From the IMG/VR virus record IMGVR_UViG_3300035181_002093, positions 62,001 to 126,000 of that record: DNA of 64,000 nucleotides; one strand, 5' to 3'. Every line of letters begins with the position of its first letter. Within the stretch, counting starts at the first letter, position 1. The notes below the pieces were generated by a model, which had not been told where the DNA came from, ran no database searches, and worked only from the letters and a program-made list of their open reading frames with translations. Shown one piece after another: positions 16,114 through 24,888 of this stretch. The DNA comes from an uncultured virus (IMG/VR IMGVR_UViG_3300035181_002093) (Duplodnaviria > Heunggongvirae > Uroviricota > Caudoviricetes). Position numbers and translations under genes: made by a program.

Positions 16114-17895
16114 ATGGCGACAACGCTCGGACAGCACCTCGTCGACTCCATCCTCCCATCGAAGTGGCGAGGACAGGGGGCGCTCACCAAGGGGAACCTG
16201 AACAAGGTCCTCCTCGGTGTCGCAAAAGAGGACCCGAGCAAGTACCCCGACGTCGTGACCAAGCTCAAGCGTCTCGGTGACGAGGTCGCAACGCTCGACG
16301 GCATCTCCGTCGGCCTCGACGACATCGCGCCCCGTGTTGCTGAACGCGACGCTGCCTTGAAGCCGCACGTCGAAGCCTTTCGAAAGGCGACGACCAACGC
16401 GGACAAGGTCAAGACGCTCGTGGGCGGACAGAATGCGATGCTCATGCTGGCACGCAACCACCCAGGCACGATGGGCGAGATGGTTCGCGCCGGCGGTCGC
16501 GGCAATGCTGCACAACTCATGCGCACCGTGGGCGCACCCGTCTTCGCCGAAGACTCCAAGGGCAAGGTCATTCCGTGGCTCGTCGACAAGAGCTTCTCCG
16601 AAGGGCTCAAGCCTGCGGATGCGTGGATCATGGGCGGTCAGGCGCGTGTCAACGCGGTGGTCTCGAACATCTCGGTTGTCGAGCCCGGTGACCTTGCGAA
16701 GATCCTCGTCAACAACATGGGCGACCAGCTCGTGACGACGGTGGACTGCGGCACCAAGAACGGCATCGCGATGTTGCCGACCGACGCACACCTCATCGAC
16801 CGCTACCAGGCGGGCACGAACAAGCTGATCACGCCGCAGTACGCGTCTCACCTTGCCAAAGAAGGCAAGGAGGTCATCGTCCGTTCTCCGATGACCTGCG
16901 AAGCTGCGCACGGCGTCTGTCAGCGCTGCCAAGGCCTGTCGTCTTCGGGTGGCATGCATTCGATCGGAACGAACGTTGGCGTTCGCGCGGCTCAAGCGCT
17001 CGCCGAGCCGCTCACGCAGTTCGCCCTCAACGCGAAGCACGGCGGGCGCGTCGTCGGTGTTGACGACGAGAAGCGGCTCGAGGGCATCAAAGGCGTGCGA
17101 GCCTTGCTCGAGATTCCGACATCGTTCGCACACAAGGCGGTACTTGCTGACCGCGACGGTTCCATCACGAAGATCGACAAGGCTCCGCAGGGCGGTCACT
17201 ACGTCTTCGTCGGCGACGGTAGCCACTACGTGCCTCCCGCACACAAGGTCGTCGTGGGCATCGGGCAATCGATGTATGCAGGGGACTTGCTCTCCGATGG
17301 CGTACCCAAGCCTGACGAGATCGTTCAACACAAAGGCCTCGGTGAAGGTCGACGCTACCTCGTCGACGCGCTCTCCGATGTCTACAAGCGCGCAGGCTCC
17401 GAGGTCGACAAGCGCCACCTCGAGACGCTCGCCAAGTCCGTGCTCAACCACGTCCAGATCATTGATCCCGGTCCCGACGACGCATTCATCAAGGGTGACG
17501 TCGTCGACTACAATCGGTTCCATGCGTCCCTGGCCGCATCCAAGAAACGCCTCCCGACGACAGACGCGATCGGCGAGACGCTCGCGGACGGCATCCTCCA
17601 CCACACGGCGGGTACTGTCGTGACGCAGCCAATCGCAGACCAGCTCGTACGCCACGGCGTGACGTCGGTGATGACGTCCAGCCAGGGGCCGCGTGCACTG
17701 CCGTTCATGCGCCCGGCGTCGCGCACACCTCTTCTCAATCCGGATTGGATGGCACGCCTCGCACACCGCTACCTCAAGGAGTCATTGCTAACAGGCATCC
17801 ACCGCGGCGATGTCTCCAACCTACACGGGGCGTCCCCTGTTCCAGCGTACGCTGCAGGCACAGAGTTTGGCCTTGGTGAAGAGGGGCAATACTGA
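16114..17895 (+). CDS. rpoC: RNA polymerase beta' C-terminal half (bridge helix, Zn site, trigger loop)
   Basis: TTLG, GISVGLDD, AGGRGN..Q, SFSEGL, VDCGT, RSPMTC...VCQRCQG, GVRAAQALAEPLTQ...HGG, DKRHLE. Confidence 0.93.
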   Translation: MATTLGQHLVDSILPSKWRGQGALTKGNLNKVLLGVAKEDPSKYPDVVTKLKRLGDEVATLDGISVGLDDIAPRVAERDAALKPHVEAFRKATTNADKVKTLVGGQNAMLMLARNHPGTMGEMVRAGGRGNAAQLMRTVGAPVFAEDSKGKVIPWLVDKSFSEGLKPADAWIMGGQARVNAVVSNISVVEPGDLAKILVNNMGDQLVTTVDCGTKNGIAMLPTDAHLIDRYQAGTNKLITPQYASHLAKEGKEVIVRSPMTCEAAHGVCQRCQGLSSSGGMHSIGTNVGVRAAQALAEPLTQFALNAKHGGRVVGVDDEKRLEGIKGVRALLEIPTSFAHKAVLADRDGSITKIDKAPQGGHYVFVGDGSHYVPPAHKVVVGIGQSMYAGDLLSDGVPKPDEIVQHKGLGEGRRYLVDALSDVYKRAGSEVDKRHLETLAKSVLNHVQIIDPGPDDAFIKGDVVDYNRFHASLAASKKRLPTTDAIGETLADGILHHTAGTVVTQPIADQLVRHGVTSVMTSSQGPRALPFMRPASRTPLLNPDWMARLAHRYLKESLLTGIHRGDVSNLHGASPVPAYAAGTEFGLGEEGQY

Positions 17896-18341
17896 TGATC
17901 GCTCGAGCACATGCAAAGGGTATCGAAGATGCCCTTGCGCGCTTCCAAGTCAAAGACGCGGGCATCATGGAAGGCATCAAGCAGACCTTCATCGGACAGC
18001 CTGGGCGTGCTTTCGTGGAAGGACCGCGTACGTTCTCTCCGGGTGGAATGCTTTCCACCAAGAACGTATGGTGGCCCAGCGTCAAGGGCCAGCCGTTGAA
18101 CTGGATTGGACGTGCTGGCACGATCGCAGCACCGCTCATGGCACTCTCTGCCATGCGGTCAAACCCGCAAGAGGGCCACCTATCAAACGCGCTCGGTGCG
18201 CTTGGTGGAATCGCTGGGAGCGCATATGGTTTCCCGGCGCTTGGCATGCTTGGCGGACCTCTTCTCGCACAAGCGGGCGCACGAGCTGGACGTGGCCTCG
18301 GACATCTACTCGGCAGTAAACCGAAGGACCTCTATCAATGA
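17895..18341 (+). CDS. Glycine-zipper virion protein with shared N-terminal motif
   Basis: AHAKGIEDALARFQVKDA; GALGGIAGS...GLG. Confidence 0.7.
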   Translation: MIARAHAKGIEDALARFQVKDAGIMEGIKQTFIGQPGRAFVEGPRTFSPGGMLSTKNVWWPSVKGQPLNWIGRAGTIAAPLMALSAMRSNPQEGHLSNALGALGGIAGSAYGFPALGMLGGPLLAQAGARAGRGLGHLLGSKPKDLYQ

Positions 18342-18574
18342 TCAACGACGCCTATAATAAAGGCCGTACCGATGCACTCACCCGCTTCAAGCTCGCTCAA
18401 GGCATGGGCATGGGTGCTGGTGGTATGAATGTCGGTGGTGGCGTCGGCGGTGGCACGTCGGGCAGTCCTGGCGCAGCGGGAATGGCAGCACCACTGCCTC
18501 CCGCGATGGCCGCTCCAACATCCGCGGCGCCGCCCATGGCAGCGGGGGCTCAAAAGGCTCGCGCGCTCGGTTAG
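18338..18574 (+). CDS. Small G/A/P-rich protein with shared N-terminal motif
   Basis: AYNKGRTDALTRFKLA. Confidence 0.7.
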   Translation: MINDAYNKGRTDALTRFKLAQGMGMGAGGMNVGGGVGGGTSGSPGAAGMAAPLPPAMAAPTSAAPPMAAGAQKARALG

Positions 18575-18582
18575 CGCAACTG

Positions 18583-18611
18583 TTGGATATTTGAGAGTCT
18601 CGTCCTATCAT
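18583..18611 (+). promoter_or_regulatory. Putative promoter TTGGAT-17-TATCAT
   Basis: Intergenic, 17-bp spacer, upstream of the 18647 ORF. Confidence 0.55.
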
Positions 18612-18646
18612 TTCGTCAATCTCTGCACAGCTTCCCCGAGGCAAAA

Positions 18647-19966
18647 ATGTTCAAGCATGCGTACGTCCGTGGCATCCAGACCGCGTTGGTCAACAGCGGC
18701 GCAGCCGCGTTCCCCGACGAGACCACCGCGGCGAAGGTCGCGGACTACATCGCTGACCGTGTCGACATCGACCCTCTGAAGGGTGTGTCGCGCGAGGCGA
18801 CCCACAAGATCGGGACGGACCTGGTCGCAGCCTCCGACTGGATCAAGCAGCAGCCCGGCTTCAAGGCGGCGAGCTTCAACAAGCTCGCGACGTGGGAAGA
18901 CGTCGCGCAGCTCGCGGATCGCAACGCGACCCAGCTGATGACGAAGGCCGCCGAGGGCTCGACCATCGAGGGTGGCGACAAGGGGAACACCCAAGCCGAG
19001 GCGCCCGCGGGCGAGACCAAGATGGACGCCTCGCAGCGTCCTCCCGGCTATGCCGAGGACAGCCGCGGCAAGACCGAGATCGACACCCGGCCGGGCACGG
19101 TCGGCAAGGAAGAGGAGCAGCCGAACAAGCCCAAGGAGACCGACTCCAAGGACAACTCGGTGCAGGAGCACTCGCGCACCGCGTCGCTCGCTGACCTCTT
19201 CCGCAAGTCGGCCGAGGGCTCGACGATCATGGGTGGCGACAAGGGCAACACCGCCATGTCGTCGGCCGAGGCCAAGATGGACGCGGCACAACGTCCCGCA
19301 GGCTACGCCGTCCTGCCCACGCAGGGTGCACTCGGCGCGATGATGAACCTCGTCGGCGGCCCCGCGGTCGTCGGCAAGGAGACCGCGCAGCCGAACAAGC
19401 CCGGCGAGTCGCCGAGCGGTTCGAACTCGGTGACCCAGCAGTCCGCCAAGGCGGCTGCCGAGGACCCGTACATCGCGCTCTTCAAGAAGGTCGCTGCCGA
19501 GGTGCACGAGTACCTCCCGGGCGGTCTCCACGAGAACGCCAAGATCGCCGCGGTCCGCGCCTGCATGGGCATGACGACCGAGGAGAAGGCGTACTACCTC
19601 CGCGGCCTGCAGAAGGAGGCGGCGGATGCGTCGACGGGTTCTTCCAGCCTGCCGCCGGGCTCGCGCGGTGATCGCTACCGTGAGCACAACCCGGACGCGA
19701 CGCACTCGCGGCCCGGCGCCTACGATGGCCGCTCTGGCAACCAGGGCACCAAGCAGGCCGACGACCTCCCGCCCTTCATGAAGAAGGACGAGAAGGACGA
19801 GAAGAAGGACGACGACAAGGAGAAGGACAAGGGCGGCATGCCCGACTTCATCCGCGAGAAGATCGAGGGCAAGAAGCACGAGGAAGGCGAGTCGAAGAAG
19901 GAAGAGCACAAGGAGGCCTCGCTTCGCGACTTCTTCCGTCGCATCGACGCGGCACAGCGCGCGTGA
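18647..19966 (+). CDS. Putative scaffold/internal head protein with internal duplication and many K-x-A sites
   Basis: AYVRGIQTAL; two copies of K[AS]AEGSTI.GGDKGNT...KMDA.QRP.GYA; strongly biased codons. Confidence 0.7.
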   Translation: MFKHAYVRGIQTALVNSGAAAFPDETTAAKVADYIADRVDIDPLKGVSREATHKIGTDLVAASDWIKQQPGFKAASFNKLATWEDVAQLADRNATQLMTKAAEGSTIEGGDKGNTQAEAPAGETKMDASQRPPGYAEDSRGKTEIDTRPGTVGKEEEQPNKPKETDSKDNSVQEHSRTASLADLFRKSAEGSTIMGGDKGNTAMSSAEAKMDAAQRPAGYAVLPTQGALGAMMNLVGGPAVVGKETAQPNKPGESPSGSNSVTQQSAKAAAEDPYIALFKKVAAEVHEYLPGGLHENAKIAAVRACMGMTTEEKAYYLRGLQKEAADASTGSSSLPPGSRGDRYREHNPDATHSRPGAYDGRSGNQGTKQADDLPPFMKKDEKDEKKDDDKEKDKGGMPDFIREKIEGKKHEEGESKKEEHKEASLRDFFRRIDAAQRA

Positions 19967-20130
19967 GCCTTCCGCGCCACATCCGCGAAATGGGGCGTCT
20001 CGTCGTCGAAGAGAAGCTTGCTGAGATCCTGAACCCGACCCTCGGCTCGCTCAAGGCGCAGAAGACGAAGCAGCTGGGCGGTCTTCCTGACGCGAATCTC
20101 TCCAAAGTCGTCAGCTTCCCCAGTTCGTAG
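19963..20130 (+). CDS. Small hypothetical protein (55 aa, not in ORF track)
   Basis: GTG overlaps the upstream stop; MSLPRHIREMGRLVVEEKLAE...; fills the gap. Confidence 0.6.
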   Translation: MSLPRHIREMGRLVVEEKLAEILNPTLGSLKAQKTKQLGGLPDANLSKVVSFPSS

Positions 20131-20142
20131 ACGAGGTCCCAT

Positions 20143-23100
20143 ATGCCGGCAATGTCGCCCCGCACTCAACAGCTCCAGGCCGGCATGAACGCGGGTCCCG
20201 ACCAAGAGACAGCCCTGTTCGAACAGGGCATGTCGGAGATGGCGTACAACCTGCTGTCGACGCGTATGCCTGACCTGATGCAAGACGTCGTCACCTTCAA
20301 GGTGCTCGATGTCGACATCGACAAAGGGTCAGGTGTGGGGTCGTTCGTGGTCTTGCGCCACAACCAACCGATCTACGTTCCGGTGGTGATGGTCGACAAC
20401 GCCATCAAGCCGCTCGAGGTCTTCTATCACAAGGCCCTGAACGTCTTCCTGCCGCTCTCCAAGGGTTGGCTCGACGAGATCGACAAGACCGGACTCGCGT
20501 CCTTGGGCGCGGGTGTCAAGACGCCCGAGACGCTCTACACAGACGTCGACATCCGCAACGTCGTCGTGCCGCCGATCACCGGCCGATTCTCGTATGCCTC
20601 GTGGGTGCCCAAGGCGCTCATCGACGTCGCACGGGTGATGACGGTGGAGACGCTCGAGAAGGTCGCGAGCGAAGCAGACCTCATGCTCCCGTCGTTGCTC
20701 TCGGCCGCGCCGAACACGATGAAGGCTGCCTACGTCCGACTTCTCGAACGGAACCCGACGCTGTTCAAGCAGGCGGCGTCGACGTACGGCATGAAGACGC
20801 TCGCGGCCGCACTTCAGCCCCGCCTCGAGAAGGTCGCGGCCAGGCAGCAACATGGCGGTGCGCTGTGGATCGCCGACGCCGACAACACACCGACCGACTT
20901 CAAGCGCATCTTCGGTGACAAGGCCGGGGAGGCGTACACGGGTGTGCGCAAGAAGGGCTTCGCCGCCAAGGACGAGCGCCTGAACCGCAACATGGCGGTG
21001 CAAGAGCAGCCCTACGAGCACTGGGTCGAGCCCAAGCAGCCCGGCATCTACACGCTCTACGCATCGGACGGGAAGGAGCGCACCGCGTTCGTGATGCCCT
21101 TCCCGATCGATCTGTTCGATGAGGGCACGCGTTACGGCCGACGTCCGGCCGTTCCCGCACACAACCCACTCGTCGACAACTCGTACACCGATCCCGAGAC
21201 GCACGGCAGCTCGAACAAGGTCTACCCGCACGGGCGGCCAGACGAGGGCAGCTACGCCACGCGCCGTGGGTATGACGCCAAGCCGTTCCTCGCGGTGTTC
21301 GACAACGGTGACTACATCGAGCCGAACAGGCTCGTGGGCCGTGATTCGATCGCGGACGGTGTCGGCGGTTCGTTGCATGCCCGCATGTTCACGGACGTCA
21401 GTGGTGAGCCCAAGGCGGGCAAGGGCTTCTTCGTCCGCCAGCGCGGCACCACGTTCCAAGCGACGGGTCCCGTCACGATCAAGTCGATCTCGACGGGGTC
21501 GGATGGCGTCCGTCGCATCAAGGCGACGCCTGGAGACTTCGGTCCCGAGAAGACGCTCTCGACCGACGCAGCGTATCCGTACAACACGATCTGGATGCCC
21601 AAGGGCGCCGATGTCGTCTACCTTCCGACGGACTTCATCTGGGTGCCGCTTAAGGTGCGCCTCAACGAGCGCGGCTGGTTCCAGTCAGCGCTCGACCTAC
21701 AGGCATGTGTCTCGAACATGCTCTCCGCGGTCGGCGCGAAGAAGGTCTCGATCAAGGACGCAGGCGCCAAGCAGTTCTCCATCAACGGGATGGCACCGCT
21801 GAGCTTCGTGCCCGCGCTCAAGAAGCTCGCATTCGCGTGCAACATCTCGGTCGTCGATGCCGAGGCGTTGCTCGTCAAGACGGCAGCAGACCACAAGGCG
21901 ACTGCGTGGATTGCGACGAGCCAACAGCTCGCGCGGGTGCAGATGCGCCTCGACAAGCTTGCGGATCAAACACCCGGTTGGTGGCGTCAGTACGCGCCGC
22001 ACGCCGAACATGCAACCGTGATGCATGACGCGCACGCCGACATGCGCCTGCCGGACGGTCACGTCATTCAGAAGGGTGAGAGCATCGCGATCCTGCCCTA
22101 CGACCATGATCGTGGTTGCGTTCCAATCGTGACATCCACCGGACATCACTTCTCGATCGGTCACGAAAAGTCGGCAGCGTTGAAGTCGTACTTCAAAGGC
22201 GCGGCGGACGACGACAAGAAGAAGTCCGACTCCGACAAGCCGAAGAAGAAGGCGCCCCCGAGCGACGGACCTCCGGGCGGCGATCCCGGCATGGACCCGA
22301 GCATGGGCGGCGACCCGAACCTCGGCCAGGACGCGGCGATGGCCGCCATGGGCCAGGCTCCTCCGGCCCCGCCTCCGCCCGCTCCACTCGACCTCGCGGC
22401 GATGGAGATGGACCAGCACATCCAGCAGGAGATGCAGAAGCTGGTCGAGAAGCAGCAGACCATCCAGATGCTGCTCCAGCGCTCGTCCGAGATCGCGGGT
22501 GGCGCGCCTCCTGCGCCGAGCGTGCAGACGCAGGCGATGGGCGCTCCTCCGTCTTCGATGAATCTCGCGACGGGGCAACCCGGCATGCCGCCTGGCATGA
22601 CGGCAGGCATGGGTGCACCGCCCCAAGACCCGTCGATGGGTGCCGCTGTTCCGCCGGGCATGCCGCCGGGCGGCGCGTTCCCGCCGGCTGCAGGTGACCC
22701 GTCGATGATGGGTGGCCAGGCGCAACAGGACCCGTCGATGAGCATGGGCGGACAGCCCGGCATGGATCCGTCGATGAGCATGGGCGGACAGCTCGGCATG
22801 GATCCGTCGATGGGCATGGGCGGACAGCCCGGCATGGGACAAGACCCATCGATGATGAGTGGCATGGGCGGACAGCCCGGCATGGATCCGTCGATGGGTC
22901 AGCAGCAACAGCCGCCCAACGCGACGATGCCGCCAGACGGCCCGAACGCGCAGACGCTTCCGCAGGAGGTCAATCCGCACTTCCTCGATCAAGCCGCGCA
23001 GTTGCATTCGGCAGACATGTTCGACGCAGCTGCTGTGGCAACGCTCGCGCAGTCGCCGGCACTTCATAGCGTGGTGGGCCAGTACCTGCCGAACCTCGAG

Positions 23101-23298
23101 AAGGCGGTCGACAACCTCGCGCGCGTCATGTTGACGCTGTGGATGCAGGAGTCCGCCCTCAAGCCGCAGATCGGTGAGCAGACCTTCTCGGGACTCGAGG
23201 ACAACCTCCAGTCGACGTTCAAGGGGCTTGGTGACCTGGTCCTGCGCTTGAGCCGCGGGGTGCAGGCCGTCAAGGAGCCGGACGACCATGCGTCGTGA
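20143..23298 (+). CDS. Large virion-block protein (1051 aa) with M/G/P/Q-rich disordered repeats
   Basis: GAGG upstream; multiple K-x-A; MDPSM.MGGQPG repeats. Confidence 0.75.
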   Translation: MPAMSPRTQQLQAGMNAGPDQETALFEQGMSEMAYNLLSTRMPDLMQDVVTFKVLDVDIDKGSGVGSFVVLRHNQPIYVPVVMVDNAIKPLEVFYHKALNVFLPLSKGWLDEIDKTGLASLGAGVKTPETLYTDVDIRNVVVPPITGRFSYASWVPKALIDVARVMTVETLEKVASEADLMLPSLLSAAPNTMKAAYVRLLERNPTLFKQAASTYGMKTLAAALQPRLEKVAARQQHGGALWIADADNTPTDFKRIFGDKAGEAYTGVRKKGFAAKDERLNRNMAVQEQPYEHWVEPKQPGIYTLYASDGKERTAFVMPFPIDLFDEGTRYGRRPAVPAHNPLVDNSYTDPETHGSSNKVYPHGRPDEGSYATRRGYDAKPFLAVFDNGDYIEPNRLVGRDSIADGVGGSLHARMFTDVSGEPKAGKGFFVRQRGTTFQATGPVTIKSISTGSDGVRRIKATPGDFGPEKTLSTDAAYPYNTIWMPKGADVVYLPTDFIWVPLKVRLNERGWFQSALDLQACVSNMLSAVGAKKVSIKDAGAKQFSINGMAPLSFVPALKKLAFACNISVVDAEALLVKTAADHKATAWIATSQQLARVQMRLDKLADQTPGWWRQYAPHAEHATVMHDAHADMRLPDGHVIQKGESIAILPYDHDRGCVPIVTSTGHHFSIGHEKSAALKSYFKGAADDDKKKSDSDKPKKKAPPSDGPPGGDPGMDPSMGGDPNLGQDAAMAAMGQAPPAPPPPAPLDLAAMEMDQHIQQEMQKLVEKQQTIQMLLQRSSEIAGGAPPAPSVQTQAMGAPPSSMNLATGQPGMPPGMTAGMGAPPQDPSMGAAVPPGMPPGGAFPPAAGDPSMMGGQAQQDPSMSMGGQPGMDPSMSMGGQLGMDPSMGMGGQPGMGQDPSMMSGMGGQPGMDPSMGQQQQPPNATMPPDGPNAQTLPQEVNPHFLDQAAQLHSADMFDAAAVATLAQSPALHSVVGQYLPNLEKAVDNLARVMLTLWMQESALKPQIGEQTFSGLEDNLQSTFKGLGDLVLRLSRGVQAVKEPDDHAS
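22696..22900. repeat. Imperfect coding repeats (DPSM[SG]MGGQPGM)
   Basis: About six GA(C/T)CC(G/A)TCGATG units, several 36 bp apart. Confidence 0.85.
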
Positions 23299-23959
23299 AC
23301 GCAGCCCCGACGACCGCTACCAAGCGGTGATGCGGTCGCCGCACGCGCCTGCACACGCGTACGAAGCTGCCCTTTGGAACTTCAAGACCCAAGGCGTTGC
23401 GGACGACGTGATCGAACGCGTGGTCGACGTGTACGAAGACGCGTTCGAACGCGAGCTGCTTCAAGCGTGGATCATCGCCGGTGCGTCTGACGAGGACATC
23501 AGCACACGGGGCGGCGTGCCTCCTGAACTTCTCTCGCCCTATCGCCATCTCTGCTGCAACGTTGCCGCGTTCCGCGATCGACTTGAGATGATGCGCTGGG
23601 TCAACATGTACAAGGGCTCGCGAACGGGCAAAGTCATGCTCGAGCGCGCGCTGCACTTCGACGGCATCGAGGCGATCGCACACCTCAGCGGTCGCAAGAC
23701 TGTGCTTTCACCAGACCACGTCAACGAACAAGCCATGCGCGAGTCATACTTCCGCAGCATCAGCACGCTGCGTGCTTCGAGCATCGCAGGCCCGGATGCG
23801 CTCGCGGCTCACCAGCTGATGAAGACGGCGATGACGGCTGCGCAAGCGGCGGCAAACCGCGGCGAGCCGAACATGGCGGAGACGCTGCTCAAGCTCAAGC
23901 ACCGCGAGGTGACGTGGCATGTCGAGGACATCGTGCCTCACGGGGAGATCCTTCACTGA
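23288..23959 (+). CDS. Hypothetical protein
   Basis: 223 aa, overlapping both neighbours. Confidence 0.7.
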   Translation: MRRERSPDDRYQAVMRSPHAPAHAYEAALWNFKTQGVADDVIERVVDVYEDAFERELLQAWIIAGASDEDISTRGGVPPELLSPYRHLCCNVAAFRDRLEMMRWVNMYKGSRTGKVMLERALHFDGIEAIAHLSGRKTVLSPDHVNEQAMRESYFRSISTLRASSIAGPDALAAHQLMKTAMTAAQAAANRGEPNMAETLLKLKHREVTWHVEDIVPHGEILH

Positions 23960-24888
23960 TGCGTGCATTTCGCGAACAAGACTTCGATCAGATGGCCGAG
24001 CGGGTCGTCGATCGGTTCATGAACGGTGACAAGCTTGCCGATGCTGCGACCGCTGAGGCCGCACAAGGTTCGCTGAACCCTGACCAGATCGCGCGCATGG
24101 TCCAGGCCGCGAACACGCAGGCGTTCCTGCGTCTCATGGACCAGCAGAAGGCCCAAGGACAGCCGGACATGACGAACGAGTTCGATCCGATCGACGCTCG
24201 TCAGATCGTTCAACAGCTCATCGGGCAGGTCGACGTTCCGCACATGGCTCCTGGTGGCGACGCTGGGGGCATGCCCCACGCGGAGCCCGACGGCGACGAA
24301 GGGCCGCTGCCCAACGAGATGCAGCGCCACGATCTCGCGGGCGACGAACCTGCGGTGCCTGCTGACGACGACGACGGCGCTGACGACAACGACGGTCCGT
24401 TCCCCAAAGGACCGAAGCAGAAGGCCAAGGACGACGAGGACAAGCCGAAGAAGAAGGCGCCGCCGTTCCCGCCCAAGAAGGACGAAGCCAAAGAGGCGGC
24501 GTTCCGCGATCGCCGCATCATGAAGCTGGCAGCGGTCCTCGAGGACCAGTACAAGCAGGCCGAGTGGGCGTTCGAAGACGCGTTCACCAACCTCGGAACG
24601 TTGCTCAAGCGCGCATCGGGGGCGCCCACCGCGGCTGCGTTCGAGAAGGACGCGCTCGCGCTGCACAACCACGAGATCGGTCTCGTGGTGTTGAACATGG
24701 TCAAGGAGAGCCAGGGCCTCGCGCCGATCTCCTTCGACGACGCGCACGCGAAGGTCGCGGCACTCGCAGATCGTCATCTCGTCGACGAGACCGACGCCAA
24801 CCGAACGTTCGCCACGCTGGTCAAGATCGCCGTCGAGGCCAACCGGCTCCGTCTCGGTGCCGCACACGCGAGGTCCCAGTGCAGCTAG
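23959..24888 (+). CDS. Putative virion protein with K-x-A sites
   Basis: TGATG coupling; LNPDQIARMVQAANTQAF; KEAA, KLAA, KVAA. Confidence 0.7.
   Translation: MRAFREQDFDQMAERVVDRFMNGDKLADAATAEAAQGSLNPDQIARMVQAANTQAFLRLMDQQKAQGQPDMTNEFDPIDARQIVQQLIGQVDVPHMAPGGDAGGMPHAEPDGDEGPLPNEMQRHDLAGDEPAVPADDDDGADDNDGPFPKGPKQKAKDDEDKPKKKAPPFPPKKDEAKEAAFRDRRIMKLAAVLEDQYKQAEWAFEDAFTNLGTLLKRASGAPTAAAFEKDALALHNHEIGLVVLNMVKESQGLAPISFDDAHAKVAALADRHLVDETDANRTFATLVKIAVEANRLRLGAAHARSQCS

Noticed and set aside
8191..17895. Host chromosomal rpoBC operon or cellular contamination
   Set aside because: No ribosomal-protein or nusG neighbours; the sequences are diverged, fused and split, and embedded among portal and capsid genes.
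22696..22900. ~36-bp periodic repeats as a CRISPR array
   Set aside because: They are in-frame coding repeats (DPSM.MGGQPGM) with no unique spacers.
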